Source: a virus (taxonomy: Duplodnaviria > Heunggongvirae > Uroviricota > Caudoviricetes). From it: a stretch of 64,000 bases of DNA. Positions 54,835 through 64,000 of the stretch are shown in pieces (positions within the stretch are counted from its first letter, which is position 1; every line of letters begins with the position of its first letter). A model generated the notes under the pieces. The model did no database searches and had not been told where the DNA came from. It was given only the letters and a program-made list of their open reading frames with translations. Position numbers and translations under genes: made by a program. The stretch lies in the IMG/VR virus record IMGVR_UViG_3300035042_000139; one strand, given 5' to 3'.

Positions 54835-57435
54835 CTATTTGAATGGTTTTACTTTGATTGCATAATTTTTTATAACAGGTGTTATACCGTTCTGATGCTT
54901 TACATTTCTGTACATTACAGCCTTTACTCTAATACATTCTGTTAAGTATTTGTATTTTACTCTTATCTCTGATTTTTTATCTCCGTCTTCTAAGCTGTGG
55001 CTGAATATTATATTTTTTCCATCATGAAAGTAATCTATGATTGGATAGTCAGCTGCTGAATACTCTATTAAAGGTACCTGTATTCCCTGACTGAAAGGTA
55101 GTGCTTCTCTGCCTCTGTAATCAGTCTTATTAAAAAAGTATGGCTTGCTTTCTTTTTTGTACTCAAAAGATTCAATAACACCGTCACCGTTAGTGTCTTT
55201 AAAATAAGGGAACCTGTATGGAATGCCTGAAAGGTCCTGCTCTACGTTAATCTCTTCTTCTTTTATTTCGCTTCCCTCTAGATACTCAAGCTTACCAAAC
55301 CCACTTACCTCTATTGGCCTATAACACTTATGGTAGTTAGGATTATATGAGCCGTAAAATGGGTTTTTATCTGTTGAGCTTTCCTTAACATCTACTTTAG
55401 GACTTGAATAGAGTTTTTCTTTGTCAGTGAAGGGATAATATTTTAACCTTATTCTATTGTCACTGTAGTCACTGATATTAAAAAGTTCTCCCTCATTCCC
55501 GTCACTGTCTATAAAGTCAACAGGTGGTGCCGACTCTTCAAGGTCTAGTATAGTGGGGTCGAAGCCATCTTTGACAGTGTAATTTACAGTATAGATACTG
55601 CTGTTGTAGATTGAGTTTATTTCATTTACAAGTGTGATTATATTGTCTGTTAATAGTGAGTTTGATGAATCAGTTTCGCTATAGGTAATATAATCTGAGT
55701 CAATCTCTACACCATCTTTAAAAACCTCAATGGTATCAGGATTAGCTGGAAATCTTATTTTTGCCTTAAAATCCTCTCCACCAAGAGCAAAAAGCCTTTC
55801 GCCTTTTATTTTGGGGTTACCGTTTATATCTCTATATTCATAGTTTGTTGGCAGAATAGGATACCAGGTAGCTTTTCTTGGAGACGGGTTCTTTAAATTT
55901 GTTATGTAATACTCTGTTGAGGTTGAAAACTCCTCACTATCCTCATGGTAGAGTTTTTGATTTGTTTCATCAACTTCTATTGCAACCTCTTTTATATTGC
56001 TGATAAAATTATATGGTTTTGATACATATACAGCCCTATCTAAATATTCCTTGTATGATGGCTCTATATTTTTAAAGCCATACTGATATGAGTATTTGTT
56101 TAAGCTGACAATCTTTTCTGTTTCTTTTCCGGTGTTTTCTGATAGCGGATTGAATTTCTCAGAACTTAATTCAGGTATAATTGAGTTGATTGAGTTTAAG
56201 ATATTTCCTATTACCTTGTTTTTGTTGTTTACATCAAGCTCTTTAAAAAAGTTTCCAACCATATCCTTAAGGTAATCCCAGAGGATACTGTTATTTGAGT
56301 AGTCAAGCTCAAGCAGAGATTCATTGCTGCTTTCTTCAAGGTTTAAAACTGTGTGCCGGCTTGAATACATTTTCTCTGCTATATTAATATCGTTTTTATC
56401 TGACTCTTTAATGCTGAATTGTTCGTATTCGTAGTGTTCTTGGTTAACAACAAACTCGACAATCTGGATGTTTCTGGTAGGAAACTCGAGTGTTTCAGCA
56501 TCATCAATATACTTAGGGTCAAAAAAGGACTCATAACTATCAGATAAAATAGGAAAAGCAAATTCCTCACCCTTCATATAATCTTCAGCATTTTCGTATG
56601 TGTTTATCTTTATAATCTTTAAAGGGTATTTGCTGAAAGGGTCTATTGAAATATTATTAATAGGCATCGGCTTTTCAAATATTATCCTAAATTTAAATAC
56701 CGCCCCTTCTTTCTCTTCCTCCATTTCTACCTCAAATGGCCTATCTGTGAGTATGCTCTCACTCCATACATCTTCAGGTTTATCATTTTTTATAATGTTT
56801 TCCAAAGGGTAAAGGTTGTTTTCTACTTTAAGATACTTCCCTACCTGACTGTCCATCTCAACAAGGGGAGCTTCAGGTCTGATAGTTCCTATAGGAGATA
56901 GGGTTAGGCTGTCACTGTATTTATTTATATCTGCTATAAAATCAGAGCTATAGATTCTGTCATCCTTTGGGTTTGTAAAAAGCATCTTGGTCTCATCGTT
57001 CATTTCCTCAAAAGACTCTTTATCGTTAAAGTTTTCAAACTTTACTTCTGAAAACCCTTCATCATTATTTGCTATGTAACTGTAGGCCTCTATTTTGTTT
57101 TCTATTTTTTTAAGGTTATTCTTGAGGCTTGAAATAAAGGAATCATAAAGGTAATTATTTGTACTGATTGAAGCTGATGTTTTGTTTGCTAGTGTAAAAA
57201 GTTTAATCAGGTCAGTCAGTACATCCTCAAACTGTCTGTTAAAAAGCTCTGAACTTGTTTTTTCACCCTGATAAAGCGGCTTAGATACCGCTCTCAGGGC
57301 ATTGTTTTTAAAATCATCTATAATTTCTTCTTCGTTTTTTTCTGTAGTTGTTTTATTTTTTACAGTTTCTACAAAAAGCTTTTTATCTTTGTAATCTAAA
57401 TTAAGATTTAAGCTTTCTAAAGTCCTGGTTTCCAT
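54835..57435 (-). CDS. Large virion structural protein (putative baseplate component).
   Basis: 866-aa ORF. Confidence 0.45.
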   Translation of the reverse strand: METRTLESLNLNLDYKDKKLFVETVKNKTTTEKNEEEIIDDFKNNALRAVSKPLYQGEKTSSELFNRQFEDVLTDLIKLFTLANKTSASISTNNYLYDSFISSLKNNLKKIENKIEAYSYIANNDEGFSEVKFENFNDKESFEEMNDETKMLFTNPKDDRIYSSDFIADINKYSDSLTLSPIGTIRPEAPLVEMDSQVGKYLKVENNLYPLENIIKNDKPEDVWSESILTDRPFEVEMEEEKEGAVFKFRIIFEKPMPINNISIDPFSKYPLKIIKINTYENAEDYMKGEEFAFPILSDSYESFFDPKYIDDAETLEFPTRNIQIVEFVVNQEHYEYEQFSIKESDKNDINIAEKMYSSRHTVLNLEESSNESLLELDYSNNSILWDYLKDMVGNFFKELDVNNKNKVIGNILNSINSIIPELSSEKFNPLSENTGKETEKIVSLNKYSYQYGFKNIEPSYKEYLDRAVYVSKPYNFISNIKEVAIEVDETNQKLYHEDSEEFSTSTEYYITNLKNPSPRKATWYPILPTNYEYRDINGNPKIKGERLFALGGEDFKAKIRFPANPDTIEVFKDGVEIDSDYITYSETDSSNSLLTDNIITLVNEINSIYNSSIYTVNYTVKDGFDPTILDLEESAPPVDFIDSDGNEGELFNISDYSDNRIRLKYYPFTDKEKLYSSPKVDVKESSTDKNPFYGSYNPNYHKCYRPIEVSGFGKLEYLEGSEIKEEEINVEQDLSGIPYRFPYFKDTNGDGVIESFEYKKESKPYFFNKTDYRGREALPFSQGIQVPLIEYSAADYPIIDYFHDGKNIIFSHSLEDGDKKSEIRVKYKYLTECIRVKAVMYRNVKHQNGITPVIKNYAIKVKPFK

Positions 57436-57452
57436 TGCTTCACCACCATTCT

Positions 57453-59288
57453 TTAAACGTATTCTATTACAGGAAGAACTCCTAGAGCTACCTGTTTTTC
57501 TACTCTTGCCACTATTTCATTGTGTGTAAACCTTTCAAGAACTTCTTCTGGAAGCTCTATAACAACAACCCCGTTTGAAGGGTATGACTTTCCGTTCCAC
57601 TTTCCTATATCCCAGTAGAATTCTGCGTTTCTATCAATCTTTTTAACTTCTTTAATTAGCTTTTCTTTAATCCCTCCACCACGAGTTCTGGTATCTGTTA
57701 CTTCAAGCTTTTCTGGATTAGTTATCGGTACTATAAAAATCCTAGAAATTAGTTTTACATCTTCATAATTGTAGTAATTATTTTCTATATCAGAATTTAT
57801 CATCGGATGGTTCTCGCTTACGTGAATATCGTTATTTATAGTGTGGAATAATGTTTCACCATTCCTTGTTATTATCTCATTTCCGTCGATTACATACTCA
57901 GGTTTTAAATAAATGCTAATCATTTTGCTTGTAAGTTTATATGAGGGAATATTATGAGTTACAGCTCCGCCGTTTTTTATGTCCTTTGTGCTGTAAAAAT
58001 GTCCTGACCGAGGGTTTATATCAAGTTGAATAAACTGCCCGTTTTCATCATAATATCCTCTATATTTAAACTTATTCTGCCTTACTACATAGTCAGCAAT
58101 TATTTTTTTGTAGATTATGTTTTCATCAACATAGAGCAGGCCGTTTTCTATATCCCAATTTTTTACTGTATATTCATTACCTGCTGTATCTTTTAGGCTT
58201 ATATTTGAAGGAACTTTAATGCCTTCCTCGTTAGTTTCTGTCTTTATAAATAAAGGTGCGTTTTTAAGCTCAACGGTATGTTCGTCTACTACGCTAACTT
58301 CTTCCTCGAAATATTTCATGCAGGGATAGCCGTCAATCCAATAAATATCTTGGTATAAAAACTCTGGAATTTCATAGATATATAGCCTGTCAATTTTATT
58401 ATCAACAAAAGAATCTCTGTTAATATCTATATGCCATGAGTCGTTTTTTCTTAGGTTTTTATTTACACTGGCATAAATCTTACTTGTAGAGTCATTGAAA
58501 GAAAGGAAGAATTTTTTGGTATCATAAATGAAGTTATTAGAAGATAGGTACTCTTCTGTCCTTACTGAATCATCATCGTTTACTATCTGCATAATAGCCT
58601 TAATTGGAACCATGATTGCAAATCCATTTCTTCTGTTTTCTATAGCATAGACTTTATCATTGGTGTTTAACCTATTTTCATAGAAGTCGTTTGCTGAAAC
58701 TCGCTGGTATATTTCTACGGGATTAAGTATTTCTTCGTAGTTGTTTAACTTTTTATTTTCCGGATTATATATTATTTTAAACTGCTCATCCGGTTTAAAG
58801 TTTAAATAAATAGTAATTTCATATCTGTTTTTGTTGTTTGTCTGGCCCGGAAGCTCCTTGATGTCTAGCTTGTAAAAATACCTTTCATCTATTGAGTCTC
58901 TTTCTTCATCTATAATATCTATATTCTTTTCTACCTGTTCAAACTCTGTGTCAAGATGAATATATCTCAGCTTATGTCTAAAAAACACAGCCTCACCATC
59001 TATAGTTATATCTGTTAGAGAAAAGTCTTTTGAATAAAAAGTATCAACAAAATCATCACTATCTCCGTATATGTTGTAAAAGAGCTTATAACCTTCATCA
59101 ACATAGCATACCATGTCAGAATTATTGTTTATATTATCGTTCATGCTCACAGATTGATTGATTATTTCTATATTATTTTCTACTGTAACTTCTGGTGTTT
59201 TGTAGAATGCAATATTTACATCCTGTTCTGGAACTTCCCTGCCAACTTTTAAAAACACTTCGCTGCTTCCGTTAAATTTATCTGGCAT
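57453..59288 (-). CDS. Virion structural protein (putative baseplate component).
   Basis: 611-aa ORF. Confidence 0.45.
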   Translation of the reverse strand: MPDKFNGSSEVFLKVGREVPEQDVNIAFYKTPEVTVENNIEIINQSVSMNDNINNNSDMVCYVDEGYKLFYNIYGDSDDFVDTFYSKDFSLTDITIDGEAVFFRHKLRYIHLDTEFEQVEKNIDIIDEERDSIDERYFYKLDIKELPGQTNNKNRYEITIYLNFKPDEQFKIIYNPENKKLNNYEEILNPVEIYQRVSANDFYENRLNTNDKVYAIENRRNGFAIMVPIKAIMQIVNDDDSVRTEEYLSSNNFIYDTKKFFLSFNDSTSKIYASVNKNLRKNDSWHIDINRDSFVDNKIDRLYIYEIPEFLYQDIYWIDGYPCMKYFEEEVSVVDEHTVELKNAPLFIKTETNEEGIKVPSNISLKDTAGNEYTVKNWDIENGLLYVDENIIYKKIIADYVVRQNKFKYRGYYDENGQFIQLDINPRSGHFYSTKDIKNGGAVTHNIPSYKLTSKMISIYLKPEYVIDGNEIITRNGETLFHTINNDIHVSENHPMINSDIENNYYNYEDVKLISRIFIVPITNPEKLEVTDTRTRGGGIKEKLIKEVKKIDRNAEFYWDIGKWNGKSYPSNGVVVIELPEEVLERFTHNEIVARVEKQVALGVLPVIEYV

Positions 59289-59309
59289 AGAACCCTCCTT
59301 CCTTTCTTT

Positions 59310-62300
59310 TTATGCTCTCATAACCGTAATATTTGTTGTATCCTCGATAACTGAACCCTCAACATCTGCACTTGCTTTAATCATGTAAGTATCAAGCACT
59401 GTGTGGCTTAAGGTCTTAACGAACTCAAATGAACATAGTCCATCTTTATCAGTTGTTAAACTTTTAGATTCTGTGCCACCTGTATAAGTGTCTTTTATTT
59501 CTATATTTATCGCAGTATCAGTAATCGGATTTTCATTCTTGTCGTACATTTTTACATTTACTCTGATTTGTTCTCCCTTTAAAATAACGTACTTATCAGG
59601 AGTGATATTGATTCTGAATTCATCTTTTGTTTCGTTATTTGTGTAGGCACTATTATCAAGGTCATTTTTTATTCTCTTGGGGTTTATTCTTACAGTATTT
59701 GACGCTGATAGGTCTCCGTAATTTCCATATATTAAATCCTCACTAAGACCTTCTCCACCAGCATAAGTATATACTGCATAAACGTTACCGAATTTATCCG
59801 GTATTGATAGGTCTTCTCCAGGAATTTCAGACTGTAAATTACCTTCATAATCTATAAACTCTATGGTTCCACCATTACTTCCAAGGCTTACACCTTTTGT
59901 CATATCAGGGTTAAAGAACGGATTTCCGTAATTATCAAAAAGCGAAACCTTTAAGTATACTTTCTGCAGCCCATCTGAATAAATAGTCTCTGGAAAAACT
60001 GAGATTTCCATAGTTCCTATCTGAGGTTTTTTGTTTGAGATAAATAAAAAGCCTTCGTTATAATCATTAATGTGTGGGTTTAAGTTTATCTCAACCTCTT
60101 CAAAGTATGAAGTAGAAATTGAACTCTCATAAGATATATCTACACCATCTAAATAGTTGTTACTGAATTTGATTGTGGGAACATCACCAAAGGTGTTTAC
60201 TAAAAATGAATCGTTTATCATGTATTCTATATTTACTTTTTGGTCAGCATAATCAGCTGTAAGGTCTATTTCTATATAGTTTTTGTTAACATCTTTGACA
60301 GTGATAGGGTTTCCTTCATGGTCTGAGACCACAAGTGTGTCCTCTTTGATGTTTGTATAGTCTGTAAATATACCTGCAACAAAAGCCTCACTGAGCTCTA
60401 TTGTAAGCTCTGAAGAAACGGTTAGTGTATCAGTCTTTTTATTTGAACCTGAATAATAATATTCAACATTAACAACGTCTCCTGGACTCACCTTTGAACT
60501 GCTTAGGTAGATTATATTACCTTCTTTTTTAACAACATCTACTTTGATTTCTGATGTGTTTATCACACTTAACTTAACTGGAGTATGCTCAACTTTAACA
60601 TCATGAGACTCTTTACTTGTCAGGCTAGGATTATAGTTTTCATCGAAAAACATAACACCTGTTAGCTCTTTTCCTTCTTTATCTTTTGCTATTACTGGTG
60701 ATAGCTGTTTAGGGAAATCCTGAAGCTCGTACTCGTAGCCGTTTACCACCTCAATTATTTCTTCATCTTTAACCATAGAGTATAGATAGTATTCTTTCGG
60801 CATCAGGTCATTGTTAGCATCAGTTATGTAGAAATATCCGTTGTGAATATATGGCTTCCAACTCATAACACTTGTCATCTTTACCATAGCTTTAAACTGT
60901 TCATTTTCCTTCAATATCACCACATCAGGGTTTAACATCTGTTCTCGACATTCAGCAAGCAGAGAGTAACTTCCTATATCTCCTTCCGGAACTGAGAAAA
61001 CAGAGGCTAGTGACATATCATCTTCTGGTATTTTCAAAGACCAGATAGGTTCTGAAAGGGAAACTGAACCGAGCTTTGTTATAGTATCACTCCACCCTTT
61101 TAAGTAATACCCATCTTCAAGGATATCCGAACTGATATTTATTGTATCTTCAGTAAATAAGTTGCTGGAGTTTGTCGAGCTGCTTGTAAAAGAACTTACT
61201 ATATCATCAAGTTGAGCTTCGACAGTCTCTTTAACTATGTATCCATACTTATTTTCTCCAATAACAACTGTTGTGTCCTCAATGCTGTCTCCATTTGCAG
61301 TAACAGTAATAAAATCATAAACAGCTGATTTTAAGTCTATATTGTATTCTACTGTGCCAAAATCTATATCTCTTGGAAAAAGAATTTTAGCTGAAACATT
61401 ATTACCTCTGTTTGAGTTAACTATTATCTGGCGTGAACTGCCTGTGCCTGTCTGGTTTATGGAAGCACTGTAGTCATATTTTCCTGTTTCATCCTGAACA
61501 TAATAGCCGTTAACATATGCCTTTAAGTTAATTGTAGCATCTTCTATCTCGTCTTCTGTAGCAGGCCATGGTTCGTCAAAAATTGTAGTTGTAATAGCAG
61601 CTGCATTTGGGAAAATTAATATATTGTCATTGCTTAATGCTCCGTTTATTTCGTGATAATTTGTAGTGTCTGTTCTTGTTAGCTCAAACTCTATATTTGT
61701 ATCTTTAGGGTCAGCTAATTTATTTATGAGCTTAATTTCTATCTTTGAATCACCAATAGTTGAAACTATTCCATCATCATCTATTGTTACCTCTTCTATT
61801 CCAGACCATAAATCAGCACCAGGAAATCTTGGGTCTTCCTCTCTTATCTTGGGAATCTCAACTCTCTGGATTTCATCAAGTGTCCCAGTAAGGTTTTTTA
61901 CTATCTCAAAGTCTGTACTTAAAATTACGCTGTCGGTAATTGCTGTTGAACTTAAAGTTCCAGAACTCGACCACGAGAAATTAAGTGGCTTTTCATAGTT
62001 TTCGTACTCTTCAAGTACACTAACTGGTGTTATGTCCTGTATCTCGACTCTGCATAATGTGTAATCCTCAAGTGTCGGATAACCAGACAAGCTTATTGTT
62101 GGCAACACGTTTGTGTAGTTTTTGCCAGAATAATTAAGTGAGTTGTTACCATCAATATAATTTGAGTTGCTAATTTCTGTAAAACCATAAATTCTTTTTT
62201 GGGTATAGCTTGGAGACTGCCAGAATCTATCCTGTCTATCAACCCATCTTCTTATCTTTAGATAACTGCCATTGTTTCTGTTATAAGTTTTGCCCCAATA

Positions 62301-63938
62301 ACTTACAGTAAAGTTATGGTAGACAACTCTTATTCGTCTTCTTTTTGTGCCGGATAAGTTGATAGTTATATTTCTGTTTTTGCTAGAATAATTACTGGTA
62401 TCTTCAGTGCTTTTTTTTCTGGTGTAGTAGTTCCAGGTTGACTCACCTTCGTTTTGATAGTAAATAGAGTAATCTACTTTAAATCTCCATCTGTCCTGGT
62501 CCGAATGGTATTTTCTGTCCTTTTCATAATGGTCACCATATTCAGTAAAAGAAATTTCAAGTCTATCAACCTTATCCCTTGACCAGGCAGAAATCCACTC
62601 GTTGCCGGCACTGATATTATTGTTTATATAGTATCCTTTTCTGTGTTTATAACTTGAGTCTGGCTTAAACCAATTATTAGAAAGATAAGAATCTTTTCGC
62701 TGTGGCTTAAGTATTTTATTTGCCTGATACCAGATATACCATGAATTATTAACATTAGAGATAGATAACCTGTTATCCATATCAGCCTTAAAGATTTCAT
62801 TAAAAGTCTGTGTAGATAAAACTTTACTAGCCTCTCCATATTTTAAGAAGTCATCTTGGGCTGTATTCTCTAAAACTATATACCTATCAAAAGATATGTT
62901 TTCAAATCTTGCGTTTGTAACCCTGTATGTTGCCAGACCAAAACCATTAGCGGTGAGCGGGTTGGCATCATTATATGAAATAACCTTTCTGCCGTTTGCA
63001 AAAACCTGTATTTGACCTTCTATTTTCCTTACTTCAAGGGTTAGGATATTAAAATCAGGACCAAACCGACCAGCATCCTTAATTCGCCTAGCGTATGGTG
63101 ATTTTGCTAATACCTCTTTTGCCCCTCCAGAGACTTTAAAAAGTGTAATTTTATTATCGACTCCATTATGTCCGGCAAAATAAAAGTTATTAGCATCCTG
63201 AACATTAAAAGCAAAACCAACAAGTCCATACCCTAATTCTTCAAAGGTTAACTCTGCTTTAATTCTAAAATTACTGTAGTTAAATTCGCTGTGGTTGGCT
63301 TTTAAGATAGCAAACCTTGAATTCGCTCCGTTTACAGATGCTCTTCCTTCTCTCTGGTAATAGTTATATCTAGGATAACCAAGAGAAGGTATTGAGCTTT
63401 CTCCTGAATTAATAGAGCTGTTGTATAATTTCTGCCAGGTGCTAAAGCCTGTAAATCTGTGGACATAAAAGGCTGAAGTTTCTACAGTAACCATCTTCTC
63501 CTGATGAGAGAAGGTCATAGCCCTCCTGTTTAAGGTTGAGTTTGTGCCGTCGAGAGTTAACACGTTTTTGTTGCCTTCTGATTTTTTAATTGAAGTTCTT
63601 TTATCTACATTGTCAATTTCTGTATCAAAAATAGGGTCAAAAGATTTTAATCTATAATAAGCCTTAAAGTTGGGCTCGTATAAAACATCAAAATTGTAAT
63701 CAGCTGGGTCTGTTGTTCTTTCAACTTTTCTTGTACCGGAAGCTTTTACCTCGTAGTCAACATCAAGCTTTGGGTAAAAGGTGTCATTTTCTAATGTTTT
63801 GCCTGATAAGGTTAAGTCTACCTCGAAGTCCTCTTCATGTTTTCTGCTGTAGTCATCTAAAACTTTTAGGTCTTCTAAATCCCCGATACCGGATTTGAAA
63901 TATTTTTCGTTGTCTTCTATCTTAATTTCTCTGTCCAA
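59310..63938 (-). CDS. Very large (1542 aa) virion structural protein with LamG/DUF1080-like jelly-roll and C-terminal bacterial Ig-like (Big) domains.
   Basis: 'FRIKAELTFEELGYGLVGFAFNVQDANNFYFAGHNG...LEVRKIEGQIQVFANGRKV' is a ConA-like jelly roll. C-terminal 'KVYLKVSLFDNYGNPF...' and 'IRVNVKMYDKNENPITDTAINIEI...DKDGLCSFEF' are Big_1-like. Confidence 0.5.
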   Translation of the reverse strand: MDREIKIEDNEKYFKSGIGDLEDLKVLDDYSRKHEEDFEVDLTLSGKTLENDTFYPKLDVDYEVKASGTRKVERTTDPADYNFDVLYEPNFKAYYRLKSFDPIFDTEIDNVDKRTSIKKSEGNKNVLTLDGTNSTLNRRAMTFSHQEKMVTVETSAFYVHRFTGFSTWQKLYNSSINSGESSIPSLGYPRYNYYQREGRASVNGANSRFAILKANHSEFNYSNFRIKAELTFEELGYGLVGFAFNVQDANNFYFAGHNGVDNKITLFKVSGGAKEVLAKSPYARRIKDAGRFGPDFNILTLEVRKIEGQIQVFANGRKVISYNDANPLTANGFGLATYRVTNARFENISFDRYIVLENTAQDDFLKYGEASKVLSTQTFNEIFKADMDNRLSISNVNNSWYIWYQANKILKPQRKDSYLSNNWFKPDSSYKHRKGYYINNNISAGNEWISAWSRDKVDRLEISFTEYGDHYEKDRKYHSDQDRWRFKVDYSIYYQNEGESTWNYYTRKKSTEDTSNYSSKNRNITINLSGTKRRRIRVVYHNFTVSYWGKTYNRNNGSYLKIRRWVDRQDRFWQSPSYTQKRIYGFTEISNSNYIDGNNSLNYSGKNYTNVLPTISLSGYPTLEDYTLCRVEIQDITPVSVLEEYENYEKPLNFSWSSSGTLSSTAITDSVILSTDFEIVKNLTGTLDEIQRVEIPKIREEDPRFPGADLWSGIEEVTIDDDGIVSTIGDSKIEIKLINKLADPKDTNIEFELTRTDTTNYHEINGALSNDNILIFPNAAAITTTIFDEPWPATEDEIEDATINLKAYVNGYYVQDETGKYDYSASINQTGTGSSRQIIVNSNRGNNVSAKILFPRDIDFGTVEYNIDLKSAVYDFITVTANGDSIEDTTVVIGENKYGYIVKETVEAQLDDIVSSFTSSSTNSSNLFTEDTINISSDILEDGYYLKGWSDTITKLGSVSLSEPIWSLKIPEDDMSLASVFSVPEGDIGSYSLLAECREQMLNPDVVILKENEQFKAMVKMTSVMSWKPYIHNGYFYITDANNDLMPKEYYLYSMVKDEEIIEVVNGYEYELQDFPKQLSPVIAKDKEGKELTGVMFFDENYNPSLTSKESHDVKVEHTPVKLSVINTSEIKVDVVKKEGNIIYLSSSKVSPGDVVNVEYYYSGSNKKTDTLTVSSELTIELSEAFVAGIFTDYTNIKEDTLVVSDHEGNPITVKDVNKNYIEIDLTADYADQKVNIEYMINDSFLVNTFGDVPTIKFSNNYLDGVDISYESSISTSYFEEVEINLNPHINDYNEGFLFISNKKPQIGTMEISVFPETIYSDGLQKVYLKVSLFDNYGNPFFNPDMTKGVSLGSNGGTIEFIDYEGNLQSEIPGEDLSIPDKFGNVYAVYTYAGGEGLSEDLIYGNYGDLSASNTVRINPKRIKNDLDNSAYTNNETKDEFRINITPDKYVILKGEQIRVNVKMYDKNENPITDTAINIEIKDTYTGGTESKSLTTDKDGLCSFEFVKTLSHTVLDTYMIKASADVEGSVIEDTTNITVMRA

Positions 63939-64000
63939 TTAGAACCCTCCTTTAGGTAATCAAGGGATTTTAGTTTATTTTTATATCTCCTGGAACTATT

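Noticed and set aside
26283-63898. Numerous 60-140-aa + strand ORFs inside the - strand structural genes (e.g. 26721..27152, 28042..28302, 29147..29452, 37233..37683, 41015..41230, 42904..43125, 44512..44949, 50155..50391, 54046..54435, 61666..61998).
   Set aside because: Embedded antisense in very long, clearly coding - strand genes. No RBS and no motifs.
1-64000. Searched by eye for CRISPR arrays, tRNA or rRNA genes, and integrase/attachment sites.
   Set aside because: No regularly spaced direct repeats, no tRNA-like cloverleaf-sized GC-rich segments and no recombinase motifs were seen. Their absence cannot be proven without tRNAscan, Infernal or minced-type tools.

Overview
This AT-rich 64-kb window looks like part of a large tailed dsDNA phage or prophage. 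Strong AGGAGG-type ribosome-binding sites and an Amidase_3 endolysin point to a Firmicutes-type host. The window has two convergent halves that meet at a bidirectional terminator near 17.3 kb. The left half (1-17.3 kb, + strand) is a replication, nucleotide-metabolism and host-takeover module. It contains a partial C-terminal OB-fold of a DnaE-like polymerase, a RecJ-like DHH exonuclease, a DnaD-like replisome organiser, an HTH regulator and an FmdB zinc ribbon. It also contains an SPFH/flotillin protein with small membrane partners, an HslV/proteasome-like Ntn peptidase translationally coupled to CTP synthase (pyrG), a metallophosphoesterase, a small HAD-like protein and a staphylococcal-type thermonuclease. 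Further genes encode an RF-1-domain (GGQ) ArfB-like protein, a thioredoxin and many small ORFs of unknown function, including a paralogous pair. The right half (17.3-64 kb, - strand) is lysis and virion morphogenesis. It starts with four small transmembrane plus coiled-coil proteins, a GH13 alpha-amylase, a NeuB-like synthase and an Amidase_3 endolysin. It then runs into a long array of very large baseplate and tail-fiber genes, including at least four receptor-binding-protein paralogs that share an N-terminal anchor domain and a C-terminal motif. Embedded in this fiber array is an unusual accessory set: three paralogous small radical-SAM/SPASM enzymes, a NeuA/KdsB-type cytidylyltransferase and a small HAD phosphatase. 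Together with the NeuB-like synthase these suggest an ulosonic or nonulosonic acid activation pathway plus radical-SAM tailoring that is physically tied to the receptor-binding genes. An IS200/IS605-family tnpB-only element on the opposite strand is inserted between the HAD and cytidylyltransferase genes. It has near-identical hairpin ends, a consensus sigma70 promoter, a small RHH ORF and a putative omega-RNA region. A degenerate fiber C-terminal fragment with a GC-rich junction marks a recombination scar. No rRNA, tRNA or CRISPR array was recognised.
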